This document shows, one piece after another, positions 1 through 7,067 of a stretch of 24,000 nucleotides of DNA. Numbering within the stretch: position 1 is the first letter of the stretch; every line of letters starts with the position of its first letter. The DNA is taken from positions 220,026 to 244,025 of the forward strand of contig NZ_OZ026884.1 of assembly GCF_964023245.1 (NCBI RefSeq). The letters are read 5' to 3'. Below the pieces are notes generated by a model. That model did not search any database. It saw only the letters and a list, made by a program, of their open reading frames with translations, and was not told where the DNA came from. A program made the position numbers and the translations under genes. This DNA comes from Candidatus Methylocalor cossyra. GTDB taxonomy: Bacteria; Pseudomonadota; Gammaproteobacteria; Methylococcales; Methylococcaceae.

Positions 1-1145
1 TCGGAATTCTCCAGCACCCGCAATAACGTCGCCTGGAGGTCGAAGCTCATGTCGCCGATCTCGTCCAGGAACAGCATGCCCTTGTCGGCCAATAGGAAGC
101 TGCCCGGCTTGCCGTGGCTGCGGGCACCGGTGAAGCTGCCACCCTCGTAGCCGAACAGCTCGCTCTCGATCAGATCCCGGGGAATGGAGGCGCAGTTGAT
201 GGCCACCAAGGGGCCGTTGCTCCGGCAGCCCGCCGCGTGTACCAGGCGGACCAAGTGTTCCTTCCCGACCCCCGACTCGCCGGTGATCAAGATGGGGATG
301 TTGCGGGCTTGCAGTCGAACCGCCTGACGGACCAGGTTCTCCGTCAGTACATCCCGATACGCCGAAGGCCGCGGGCCGACCGGGCTCGGCTCCGGCGCCG
401 GCGGTTCGCTGCGCCGCGACCGGAGCACCGCGCCTAGGCTATCCGGAAAGCGCAACGGCGCCTCGGCGTTCAGCAAGCGGACGATCAACCCCATCACGCT
501 CAGCAAGATCGGTGCGCCGACGCTACGCTCACCCACCAGGCCGAGCACACCCCAGGGCCGGCCGGCGGAACTCTCCAAGGGATAACCGACGGTGGAAAAG
601 GCGTGCAGGCGCTCGGAAAAATGCTCGCAGCCGGTGAACGCGGCCGGCTCCCCGAGCAAGGCGGCGGTACCGAGGCCGTTATTGCCGAGCACCTCTTCCC
701 GCCAGTCGCCGCCCCGACACATCAAGTCCCGCAGGGCGGGGCAAGCCCCGAGGCAGTTCTCCGCCAGGCACAGCACGGTGGCGTCCGGCCCCGCCACCAG
801 GAAGGACAGCTGCGTGCCCTGCAGCAATGGCCCGATACGCTCCAGCAGGGCGGCGACGTCGACACCGCCGAGATCCTTTGCCGCACTGGGGAGGACTCGC
901 CGGGGGCCCGCCGCCCGATCGCCGCCCACGGGCAGGGCGTGATCTTCGAGGCAGCGGCGCCAGGCGAGCGCCACTTCGGGCCGAACCCAATCGGCCGCCT
1001 CAGGGGCGAGGCCGGTCTGCCGCATCCAGTCCCACGCCTGAATGGGACGCTCGGCTACCGGCGGGAAGGGGGTGGAGGACTCAGGCAGGGCGGTGTCGGA
1101 AGCGGACGCAGTGAAAGCGCGAATACGAGGCGTTAGGGTAACCAT
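1..1145 (-). CDS. mmoR: sigma54-dependent transcriptional activator MmoR, N-terminal ~381 aa; C-terminus lies off the window start
   Basis: Absent from the ORF track because there is no stop in the window. Manual minus-strand translation from ATG (1145..1143) gives an open frame to position 1: MVTLTPRIRAF...RPEVALAWRRCLEDH... (AcoR/GAF-type sensor region). AAA+ motifs follow: ILITGESGVGKE (Walker A, 258..281), GSFTGA (123..140, a variant of the GAFTGA sigma54-contact loop) and LFLDEIGDM (Walker B). It lies downstream of mmoG, as in known sMMO clusters. No clear SD precedes the ATG, so the start is uncertain. Confidence 0.88.
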   Translation of the reverse strand, partial: MVTLTPRIRAFTASASDTALPESSTPFPPVAERPIQAWDWMRQTGLAPEAADWVRPEVALAWRRCLEDHALPVGGDRAAGPRRVLPSAAKDLGGVDVAALLERIGPLLQGTQLSFLVAGPDATVLCLAENCLGACPALRDLMCRGGDWREEVLGNNGLGTAALLGEPAAFTGCEHFSERLHAFSTVGYPLESSAGRPWGVLGLVGERSVGAPILLSVMGLIVRLLNAEAPLRFPDSLGAVLRSRRSEPPAPEPSPVGPRPSAYRDVLTENLVRQAVRLQARNIPILITGESGVGKEHLVRLVHAAGCRSNGPLVAINCASIPRDLIESELFGYEGGSFTGARSHGKPGSFLLADKGMLFLDEIGDMSFDLQATLLRVLENS

Positions 1146-1244
1146 CGGTTGCACAGGATGAGCATCGTTGATCGATCATGGCCTATGCACAGCCTCCCGA
1201 TTCCTTTTACCCAAGCGGGCTTTTTAAATGCATTATTGGATCGC

Positions 1245-1286
1245 AAAAAAAGGGCGGCAATGTGGCAATTTGCCGCAGCTGCCGCC
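1245..1286 (-). terminator. Rho-independent terminator downstream of mmoG
   Basis: The minus strand reads GGCGGCAGCTGCGGCAAATTGCCACATTGCCGCC followed by CTTTTTTTG. The outer 7-bp stem pairs GGCGGCA with TGCCGCC (1253..1259 with 1280..1286). An inner GGCAA/TTGCC pairing follows, then a run of 7 T (1245..1251). It sits 80 nt after the mmoG stop. A second 7-bp hairpin, CATCCTC/GAGGATG, lies at 1324..1342. Confidence 0.7.
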
Positions 1287-1366
1287 GGTATGGACGCGGT
1301 TCGAGCGCATTAGCACATCGACGCATCCTCCGAGTGAGGATGGGATAAGCCGGCCAGAAACAGGCC

Positions 1367-3034
1367 TCAGCGGCGCGGATCCTCGCGCGTGGCGGCGGCC
1401 CATTCCGGGCTGAAACCTAGGTCCGGCAGCCCGGCGGTCTCGCCCATCACCACCACGCCGCTCGCCAGCACGGTGCCCACCACGCCGGCCGCCTGCGTCA
1501 AGGCCAAGCGCAGGGTCTTCAACGGGTCCAGTACGCCGCGCTCGACCAGATCGCAAAACTCCCCGCTGGCGGCATCGAAGCCCCAATGGGGGTGGCCAGC
1601 CGCCTGAACCCGGGCCAAGGCGCTGTCGGGCGCCTGTCCGGCATGGGCGACCAGCAGCCGGAAGGGCTGTTCCAGGGCGGTGCCGATGATGGCCGCGCCC
1701 CGTTGCCGGTCGGGGTCGGAGAAACCCAGCCGAGCCAAGGCCGCGCGGGCGTGGAGGAGCCCCACACCGCCACCCGGCACAACCCCTTCCTCCAGCGCTG
1801 CCAGGACCGAACGGCGGGCGTTTTCCGCCCGTTGCAGGCGTTCCTTGACCTCCGCTTCGCTGACCCCGCCGATGTAGACGGTGGCGATCCGTCCGCCCAA
1901 CGCGGCGATGCGGGCTTCTAAATCGTCCAGATCGTGGCGCTTGCCGGTCGGGGAACCCTCGCCGGGGCCGAGGGCGCGGATCACTTCCGCCTCCTTCCGC
2001 AACCCGGCGATGCGCCGGGCGATGGCGGCGCGGTCGCCGCCGCCCTGGATCAGGGTCGTGGTGTCGGCGTCGGCCACCACCTTGCCGGCGAATCCCAGGT
2101 CGGCCAACCGGACCCGGTCCAGGCGGTCGCCCAGTTCCGGCACCAACACCCGGGCGCCGGTGGCAACCGCCAGATCATCCAGCCAATCCCGGCGCCGGTC
2201 ACCCAAGCCGGGCGCCTTCACCGCCAAGGCCCGGAAGGTGCCGCGCCGCACATTCAGCGCCAAACTGCGCAGCGGGCGCTCCTCCATGCCCTCACATACC
2301 AGCACCAAGGCTTGGCCGGCCTCGCGGACCTGTTCCAGAATCGGCACCAGATCCACGAAGTCGGTCACCGTGCCGTGGTAGATGAGCACCCGGGCAGCCA
2401 CCAATGGCCCACCATCGGTCACCAGGTAAGGCGACCAAACGCCTGCCTCGTAGCGGAAGCCTTCCACCAGTTCCCACCGATCGGCCCGGCCAAAGCCGGG
2501 CGCCACGGTCACGACCCCGTCCTGCCCCACGGCCGCGAAGGCCTCTTGGAGCAAGCGGCCGACCGCGCCGTCCCGACGCATGGAAACCTCCGCCACCTGG
2601 GCCACCCGCTCGCCCACGACCGGCAGGGCGCGGCTACGCAAATCCGAAACTACCCAGTCCACGGCACCCTCCATCCCCTGTTTGAGGCGTAGAGGGTCAG
2701 CCCCCGCGCTCAGACTTTTCCACATACCCCGGGCAATGGCCCGCGCCAATACCACGGCGGTGGTGGTACCGTCACCGGCCTGCCGCGCCACCCCGTTGGC
2801 CACATCCCGCAGCATCCGCGCCCCGAGCTCGGCCAGCCGGTCCTTCAACACCACCGCGTTGGCGACCGTCACCCCATCGCGGGTGAACACGGGGGCCAAA
2901 CCGCGGGTGCGGTGCTCCACCATCACGCAGGGTCCGTGATAGCCATAGGTGGCCTCCACCGCCCGGCCAAGGATATCGACGCCCTTGAGCATACCGGCCC
3001 GGGCCGCGCCGTCGAACACCACCCGTTTGCTCAT
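1367..3034 (-). CDS. mmoG: GroEL-like chaperonin MmoG (sMMO-associated), 555 aa
   Basis: I trimmed ORF 1367..3160 to ATG 3034 (MSKRVVFDGAARAGMLKGVDILGRAVEATYG...). It is colinear with GroEL, including the GDGTTTA nucleotide-binding motif. It lacks a GGM-repeat tail and has no groES partner. Its position after mmoC matches mmoG of M. capsulatus Bath. Confidence 0.92.
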   Translation of the reverse strand: MSKRVVFDGAARAGMLKGVDILGRAVEATYGYHGPCVMVEHRTRGLAPVFTRDGVTVANAVVLKDRLAELGARMLRDVANGVARQAGDGTTTAVVLARAIARGMWKSLSAGADPLRLKQGMEGAVDWVVSDLRSRALPVVGERVAQVAEVSMRRDGAVGRLLQEAFAAVGQDGVVTVAPGFGRADRWELVEGFRYEAGVWSPYLVTDGGPLVAARVLIYHGTVTDFVDLVPILEQVREAGQALVLVCEGMEERPLRSLALNVRRGTFRALAVKAPGLGDRRRDWLDDLAVATGARVLVPELGDRLDRVRLADLGFAGKVVADADTTTLIQGGGDRAAIARRIAGLRKEAEVIRALGPGEGSPTGKRHDLDDLEARIAALGGRIATVYIGGVSEAEVKERLQRAENARRSVLAALEEGVVPGGGVGLLHARAALARLGFSDPDRQRGAAIIGTALEQPFRLLVAHAGQAPDSALARVQAAGHPHWGFDAASGEFCDLVERGVLDPLKTLRLALTQAAGVVGTVLASGVVVMGETAGLPDLGFSPEWAAATREDPRR

Positions 3035-3354
3035 GGCCCCGGCTCGCTGGCGCTGCTGGGGAGACGAGCCCTGCGCATGATGGCCTGGCCCGCTTCGACC
3101 CGGGCCGAGCGGGCCCGCTTCAGGCGCGCCCACATCCACAACAGCTCCCGATCGCGCCAATCCAGACTGCGTCTAAGCTCCAGTTCTTCCTCACGGCCCA
3201 GTTGGCTAGCCCACAGCTCGCGCAGCTGCGCGGTTCGCTCGGCGCCCAGCGCACGCATCAGGCCCTGCTCCCGTTCACTCAACTCCCGGATGGTCTCCTC
3301 CAGTTGGCGCACCATCTGCTCCAAAAACTGGACATCGTCGTTGCTCAGTGTCAT
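3031..3354 (-). CDS. hypothetical small coiled-coil protein (107 aa) between mmoC and mmoG
   Basis: I trimmed ORF 3031..3543 to the ATG at 3354 (MTLSNDDVQFLEQMVRQLEETIRELSEREQGLMRAL...). Third-codon positions are G/C-rich like the neighbouring genes. Leucines fall at heptad spacing (L11, L18, L25, L32). Its TGA stop overlaps the mmoG ATG (ATGA at 3034..3031). Only a weak G-rich SD (GGGGG, 7 nt upstream) is present. I recognised no homolog. Confidence 0.6.
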   Translation of the reverse strand: MTLSNDDVQFLEQMVRQLEETIRELSEREQGLMRALGAERTAQLRELWASQLGREEELELRRSLDWRDRELLWMWARLKRARSARVEAGQAIMRRARLPSSASEPGP

Positions 3355-3379
3355 CGCCGCACCCCCGCACAGCCTCCCC

Positions 3380-4471
3380 TCAAGAGTGAGGATGCTCATG
3401 CACCCGGGGGGAAGCGCAGGCTGCCCCACAGGGCCCGGAGGGCAGAAATTTCTCTTGGAAGATCTGGTCCTTGGGAATACCGAACTGGGCACATACCCGA
3501 TGGGCGGCGTCCACCATGGCGGGCGGCCCGCACAGGTACACATCGGGCTTGGCGGGGTTGGCCGCCAAGTCCCGGCTCAGAATCTCGACCGCGTTGCCGC
3601 GCTCCCCGTCCCAGTTCGCCTCCGGATGCCACACGCAGACCCGGACCGTGAGAGTGGGCATGGCGGCCGCCAGTGCCTGGAGCTCATCCAGGAAAAACAC
3701 CTCGTCCACGGTATTGACGCCGAAGTAGAGCCGGGCTTCCTGGGGCTCACCCCATTCCCGCATGCGCCGGATCATCGACAGCACCGGCGCTAGACCGGTG
3801 CCCCCGGCCACGAAGTAGCGCGGCCGAAGGCCGTTCTCCTTGAGGCCGAACACCCCCATCGGACCTCTGACCTGGATTGCTTGGCCCACCTGGATGCCAT
3901 TGCGCAGGAAATTGGACATGGCGCCGTCCGGCAGCAGGCGGATGAGGAATTCGAGATCGCCATCCTCGTTGCTGGTGTTGGCGGGCGAATAGGCGCGGGT
4001 TAAGTCGGTGCCCGGTATCTGCAGGTTCATGTACTGCCCGGCCTCAAACCGCACCTTGCGCTCACCGTTACTCCCTACCCGGCGAAGGTGCAGGCGTAGG
4101 GTATTGCTGGCGATGGTGGCAACCGACACGACCGTGGCGGTGAACAGGTCTTCCTCCGGCGCGAAGGCAATGCGGGAATAGCTGTAAGGCACCTCCAACG
4201 CCAGATCGGTGTCCGGGTAGCAACGGCACAGCAGCACCTGACCTTGTTCTTCCTCATCCGGCGGCAGGGCTTGAACGCTGCACCCCACCAGGCGATAGTC
4301 CCCTTCGGCGCAGAAGGCCTTGCAGGTGGCGCAACCTCCCTGGCGACAGGAGGCCATGAGGATGATGTCTTGCCGCAGGGCCGCGGTAATCACGTCCTCG
4401 TCGGAGCGGCATTGGAAATGGACGGTCTCGCCGTCGTCCGTGGTGACATGAATGGTGTGGATGGCCGACAT
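3380..4471 (-). CDS. mmoC: sMMO reductase component MmoC (2Fe-2S ferredoxin / FAD / NADH domains), 363 aa
   Basis: ORF 3380..4486 begins at a TTG. I prefer ATG 4471 ([34 protein letters not shown]...), which is preceded by GGAGCGAG. It has the plant-type ferredoxin Cys motif [10 protein letters not shown]...C, an RxYSxAN-type FAD motif (TRAYSPAN) and GGTGLAP. It is very similar to Bath MmoC as I remember it. Confidence 0.95.
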   Translation of the reverse strand: MSAIHTIHVTTDDGETVHFQCRSDEDVITAALRQDIILMASCRQGGCATCKAFCAEGDYRLVGCSVQALPPDEEEQGQVLLCRCYPDTDLALEVPYSYSRIAFAPEEDLFTATVVSVATIASNTLRLHLRRVGSNGERKVRFEAGQYMNLQIPGTDLTRAYSPANTSNEDGDLEFLIRLLPDGAMSNFLRNGIQVGQAIQVRGPMGVFGLKENGLRPRYFVAGGTGLAPVLSMIRRMREWGEPQEARLYFGVNTVDEVFFLDELQALAAAMPTLTVRVCVWHPEANWDGERGNAVEILSRDLAANPAKPDVYLCGPPAMVDAAHRVCAQFGIPKDQIFQEKFLPSGPCGAACASPRVHEHPHS

Positions 4472-4525
4472 GGGCACTCGCTCCAAAAAAGCTGTTCAGA
4501 TGTGGATGGGGCAGCGGCCGGAGAA

Positions 4526-4819
4526 TCAAGCGGTTTCGTGACGGTCGATGTGCCGATAGAAGGTCAACACGTGCCGCACTGCCGATAACGCCCCCGTACG
4601 GCTCAGGGCCACGCCTTCCTGGACCTCTTGACCATCACGGGTAATCACCCAGCGCCAACCGAATTCCAGATCGTAGGCGTAGGCGCCGTAACGACCCTCC
4701 CGGAACAGTTCGATCCGCTCCGCATCGGCGGGCATGAGGTGCTCGAAACGCCTCTTGGAGGAGAGGTATTCCAATCCGCGCTCATCCAAATCATCGAAAA
4801 TTTCGTCGTTGACGATCAT
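4526..4819 (-). CDS. mmoD: MmoD (OrfY), small sMMO-associated protein, 97 aa
   Basis: The ORF 4526..4825 start is a GTG. ATG 4819 has GGAG 5 nt upstream. The core YAYDLEFGWRWVITRDGQEVQEG resembles the Bath MmoD core (YAKDLDFMWRWVI...VQEG) as I recall it. Its position between mmoZ and mmoC fits. Confidence 0.85.
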   Translation of the reverse strand: MIVNDEIFDDLDERGLEYLSSKRRFEHLMPADAERIELFREGRYGAYAYDLEFGWRWVITRDGQEVQEGVALSRTGALSAVRHVLTFYRHIDRHETA

Positions 4820-4843
4820 AAGCACTCCGGTTCGCGAGGCGGC

Positions 4844-4866
4844 GCGGGGACGGCCCCCGTCCCCGC
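4844..4866 (-). promoter_or_regulatory. intercistronic GC stem-loop between mmoZ and mmoD
   Basis: The stem is 10 bp (4844..4853 pairs with 4857..4866; core GGGGACGG / CCGTCCCC) with a 3-nt CCC loop. No U-tract follows on the transcript strand. Confidence 0.5.
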
Positions 4867-4874
4867 CCCTGGCC

Positions 4875-5378
4875 TCAATGCGCCACGATTACCCGCACAC
4901 CCCGCTGCTTGCGCAGCTCGTCCAGCGGCGTGTCGTAGTAGTTGAGATTGCGCAGCTCCATCAACCGGGTGCCTAGCTGCCGGTCGGTATCCATCCACAC
5001 GTTCACCGGCATCAGCGGCGGCTTGCATTCTTGGCGGAACTGCCAGTGAATCCGCTCCGCTTCCCACTTGTCCTTGGCGCCGTGCATCTTGGCAATCCAA
5101 CCCTCGGCGACGGTTTTGGCGTCCTGACCGTCCGCGGTCTTGGTCAGGAAATCCTGGTCGCTAAAAGTATTCAGCTTGAGAACGGCGACCTTTTCTTCCA
5201 GCTTGTTCTCGATCCACAGGTAATCGAGCCACAGCTCGTTGGATTTGCGCGACGGCAGGATATGGTCCACGCGGAACTGCTTGAGCATCGCCACGGCCTT
5301 GTTGAGATCCTTGAGGGCGCCGATCTTGTCGGCCCATTGGTCCCGAACCGGGTTTTCATGTATCGGATAGTTGGCCAT
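4875..5378 (-). CDS. mmoZ: sMMO hydroxylase gamma subunit MmoZ, 167 aa
   Basis: The ORF reads [20 protein letters not shown]...LKQFRVDH...[17 protein letters not shown]...MPVN...[31 protein letters not shown]. This closely matches the Bath MmoZ sequence as remembered. Confidence 0.93.
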   Translation of the reverse strand: MANYPIHENPVRDQWADKIGALKDLNKAVAMLKQFRVDHILPSRKSNELWLDYLWIENKLEEKVAVLKLNTFSDQDFLTKTADGQDAKTVAEGWIAKMHGAKDKWEAERIHWQFRQECKPPLMPVNVWMDTDRQLGTRLMELRNLNYYDTPLDELRKQRGVRVIVAH

Positions 5379-5388
5379 TGTGGAATCC

Positions 5389-5808
5389 TTATTTCACATC
5401 TTCGAGTTTGCGGTCGAGACCCATCAGCTCGCTAGTGATGGTGAACACGTTGCCCAGGGTATAAGCACGCCCGATGGTGGACGATACATCCACCAGAAAG
5501 TCGTACACCCGATATTCCCGACCTAGGAGTTCCGAGGCTTCGTCGCAGTCCACCACGATTTCGCCATCGGCCTTGAGCCACCAATACCCGGCCCGGTCTT
5601 CCACTACCAGGCTGGGATTCTTTTTCTTGAATTCGCCCAGCAGCATCTCCTCAACGATCATATTGATTTCGTCGGATTTCTTTAGCACCAGGACCACGGT
5701 GTTGGATTCGTGGAAGGTTTGGTTCTCCTCGGCGAAAAACTCCTTGGCGAAATCTTCCCCCTTCAGCTTCATGATGCCGGCGTCATAGGCGTTGGCTTGT
5801 GCGGTCAT
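5389..5808 (-). CDS. mmoB: sMMO regulatory protein B (MmoB), 139 aa
   Basis: It contains [16 protein letters not shown]...[17 protein letters not shown]...[11 protein letters not shown]...[35 protein letters not shown], which closely matches Bath MmoB. The SD sequence TAAGGA overlaps the mmoY stop. Confidence 0.95.
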   Translation of the reverse strand: MTAQANAYDAGIMKLKGEDFAKEFFAEENQTFHESNTVVLVLKKSDEINMIVEEMLLGEFKKKNPSLVVEDRAGYWWLKADGEIVVDCDEASELLGREYRVYDFLVDVSSTIGRAYTLGNVFTITSELMGLDRKLEDVK

Positions 5809-5818
5809 GGCGTTTTCC

Positions 5819-6988
5819 TTATTTGAGTCCGGTTAAAACGGAGTTGACGATGGCCTGGGCGTCCACCTTGAAGTCAATCTTCTTGGCGTAATCTTCGATC
5901 CAGTCGCCCACCACCCGCTCGAGGCCCAAGCTGATCGCCGCCTTGTCGGCAGCACCGGCGGGCAGAGTCGCGTGGATCCCCAGAAAGTCGCGCAGGGCAG
6001 CGACCGTCGGCGCCAGCCACTTGTCGGTCCAGATGCGCATCAGCCGGCGGTTGTAGTCGGCGAACTGCGGATCGTTGCCGAGGCAAACGTGGAACATATC
6101 GTCCATGCTGGCCTTGTTGATCTGGAAATAGGTCTGCATCTGGTTGATGAAGAAGGGTGTGAGCGTGTCGCCGAAGCGGGGCGCTAGGGCCAGGAAGAAC
6201 TCCCGCCGCACGAACTGGCCGAATAAGGGATCGAACACCTGGTGCACCGCGAACAGGCTCTCGTTCCAGTCATAGATTTCTTGCCAAATGGCCTCGACCG
6301 CTTCGCGAGCGCTCTTGTACACCGTGCCGGAGGTCCATTCCGCCTTGGGAATCTCCGTGGACTCGGGGAAGCCGGGCACGATCTTGGCCAGGAAGGTGCG
6401 CTCCAGCTGGATCATCTGAGCGCCGTCGACCTTGTCGAAACCGGCGTTGGTGAGGCTCAGCCGGACGGTATCGGACAAAGCCTCCCGGCAGGCAGAGGAA
6501 TGGGCGTTGAACAGGCCATACTCGCAAAAGAGGTAGGCGCCCCAGAACCGGTTGACGATGGTGTCGCGCCAGAAGGGATCCATGGACCGGATCTGCCCTT
6601 CCGCGGAGTAGCCCTCCAGGAACCGCTCCGTATACCGCCACTCCTCGGCCTTGTCTTTCACATAGGGGGCGTGCCAGCGCTTGTGGGGGTCGCGGTGCTG
6701 GAACCAGTCCGAGGAGCGCATCTCGGTGGTCTCCGGACCCCAGGAGGGACGACCGCCGTGGAATTTCTGGGTCCAGTCGCCCCAGTCTAAACCGCCGGGG
6801 ATCCAGTCCGCATTGGGTTGGGCGTAGACCGTGAGGGCTTCGTACTCGGTCAGGCGCTTCCACCGCGGGGTCACGAAGTACCCCATCTTGCGCTGCTGAT
6901 CGAGGGGCTGGGCGGGGATCGCGCGCAGGATCACCTTGGCCATTTCCGGGTCGGTGAGCCCGCGGCGGCGTTCTTCGAGCATACTCAT
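5819..6988 (-). CDS. mmoY: sMMO hydroxylase beta subunit MmoY, 389 aa
   Basis: I trimmed ORF 5819..7012 to ATG 6988 (MSMLEERRRGLTDPEMAKVIL...GYFVTPRWKRLTEYEALTVYAQPNADW...). The N-terminus aligns with Bath MmoY (MSMLGERRRGLTDPEMA...). GAAGGA lies upstream. Confidence 0.95.
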   Translation of the reverse strand: MSMLEERRRGLTDPEMAKVILRAIPAQPLDQQRKMGYFVTPRWKRLTEYEALTVYAQPNADWIPGGLDWGDWTQKFHGGRPSWGPETTEMRSSDWFQHRDPHKRWHAPYVKDKAEEWRYTERFLEGYSAEGQIRSMDPFWRDTIVNRFWGAYLFCEYGLFNAHSSACREALSDTVRLSLTNAGFDKVDGAQMIQLERTFLAKIVPGFPESTEIPKAEWTSGTVYKSAREAVEAIWQEIYDWNESLFAVHQVFDPLFGQFVRREFFLALAPRFGDTLTPFFINQMQTYFQINKASMDDMFHVCLGNDPQFADYNRRLMRIWTDKWLAPTVAALRDFLGIHATLPAGAADKAAISLGLERVVGDWIEDYAKKIDFKVDAQAIVNSVLTGLK

Positions 6989-7026
6989 GGAGTGATTTCC
7001 TTCAAAAAACAAAGACGCTAGGGAAG

Positions 7027-7049
7027 CGGGCGGGCTCGGCGCCCGCCCG
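7027..7049 (-). promoter_or_regulatory. intercistronic GC stem-loop between mmoX and mmoY
   Basis: A perfect 9-bp stem pairs CGGGCGGGC (7027..7035) with GCCCGCCCG (7041..7049) around a 5-nt loop. It begins 19 nt after the mmoX stop. On the transcript, a T-rich stretch (TCTTTGTTTTTTG) follows about 12 nt later, so it is not a canonical terminator. Confidence 0.5.
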
Positions 7050-7067
7050 GTTGCAAGGCACTGGACT

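Noticed and set aside
3355-3543. The longer 170-aa version of the small ORF, whose start lies inside mmoC.
   Set aside because: The upstream part overlaps the mmoC 3' end in another frame, has a Pro/Cys/Gly-rich non-protein-like sequence and has no SD. I trimmed it to ATG 3354.
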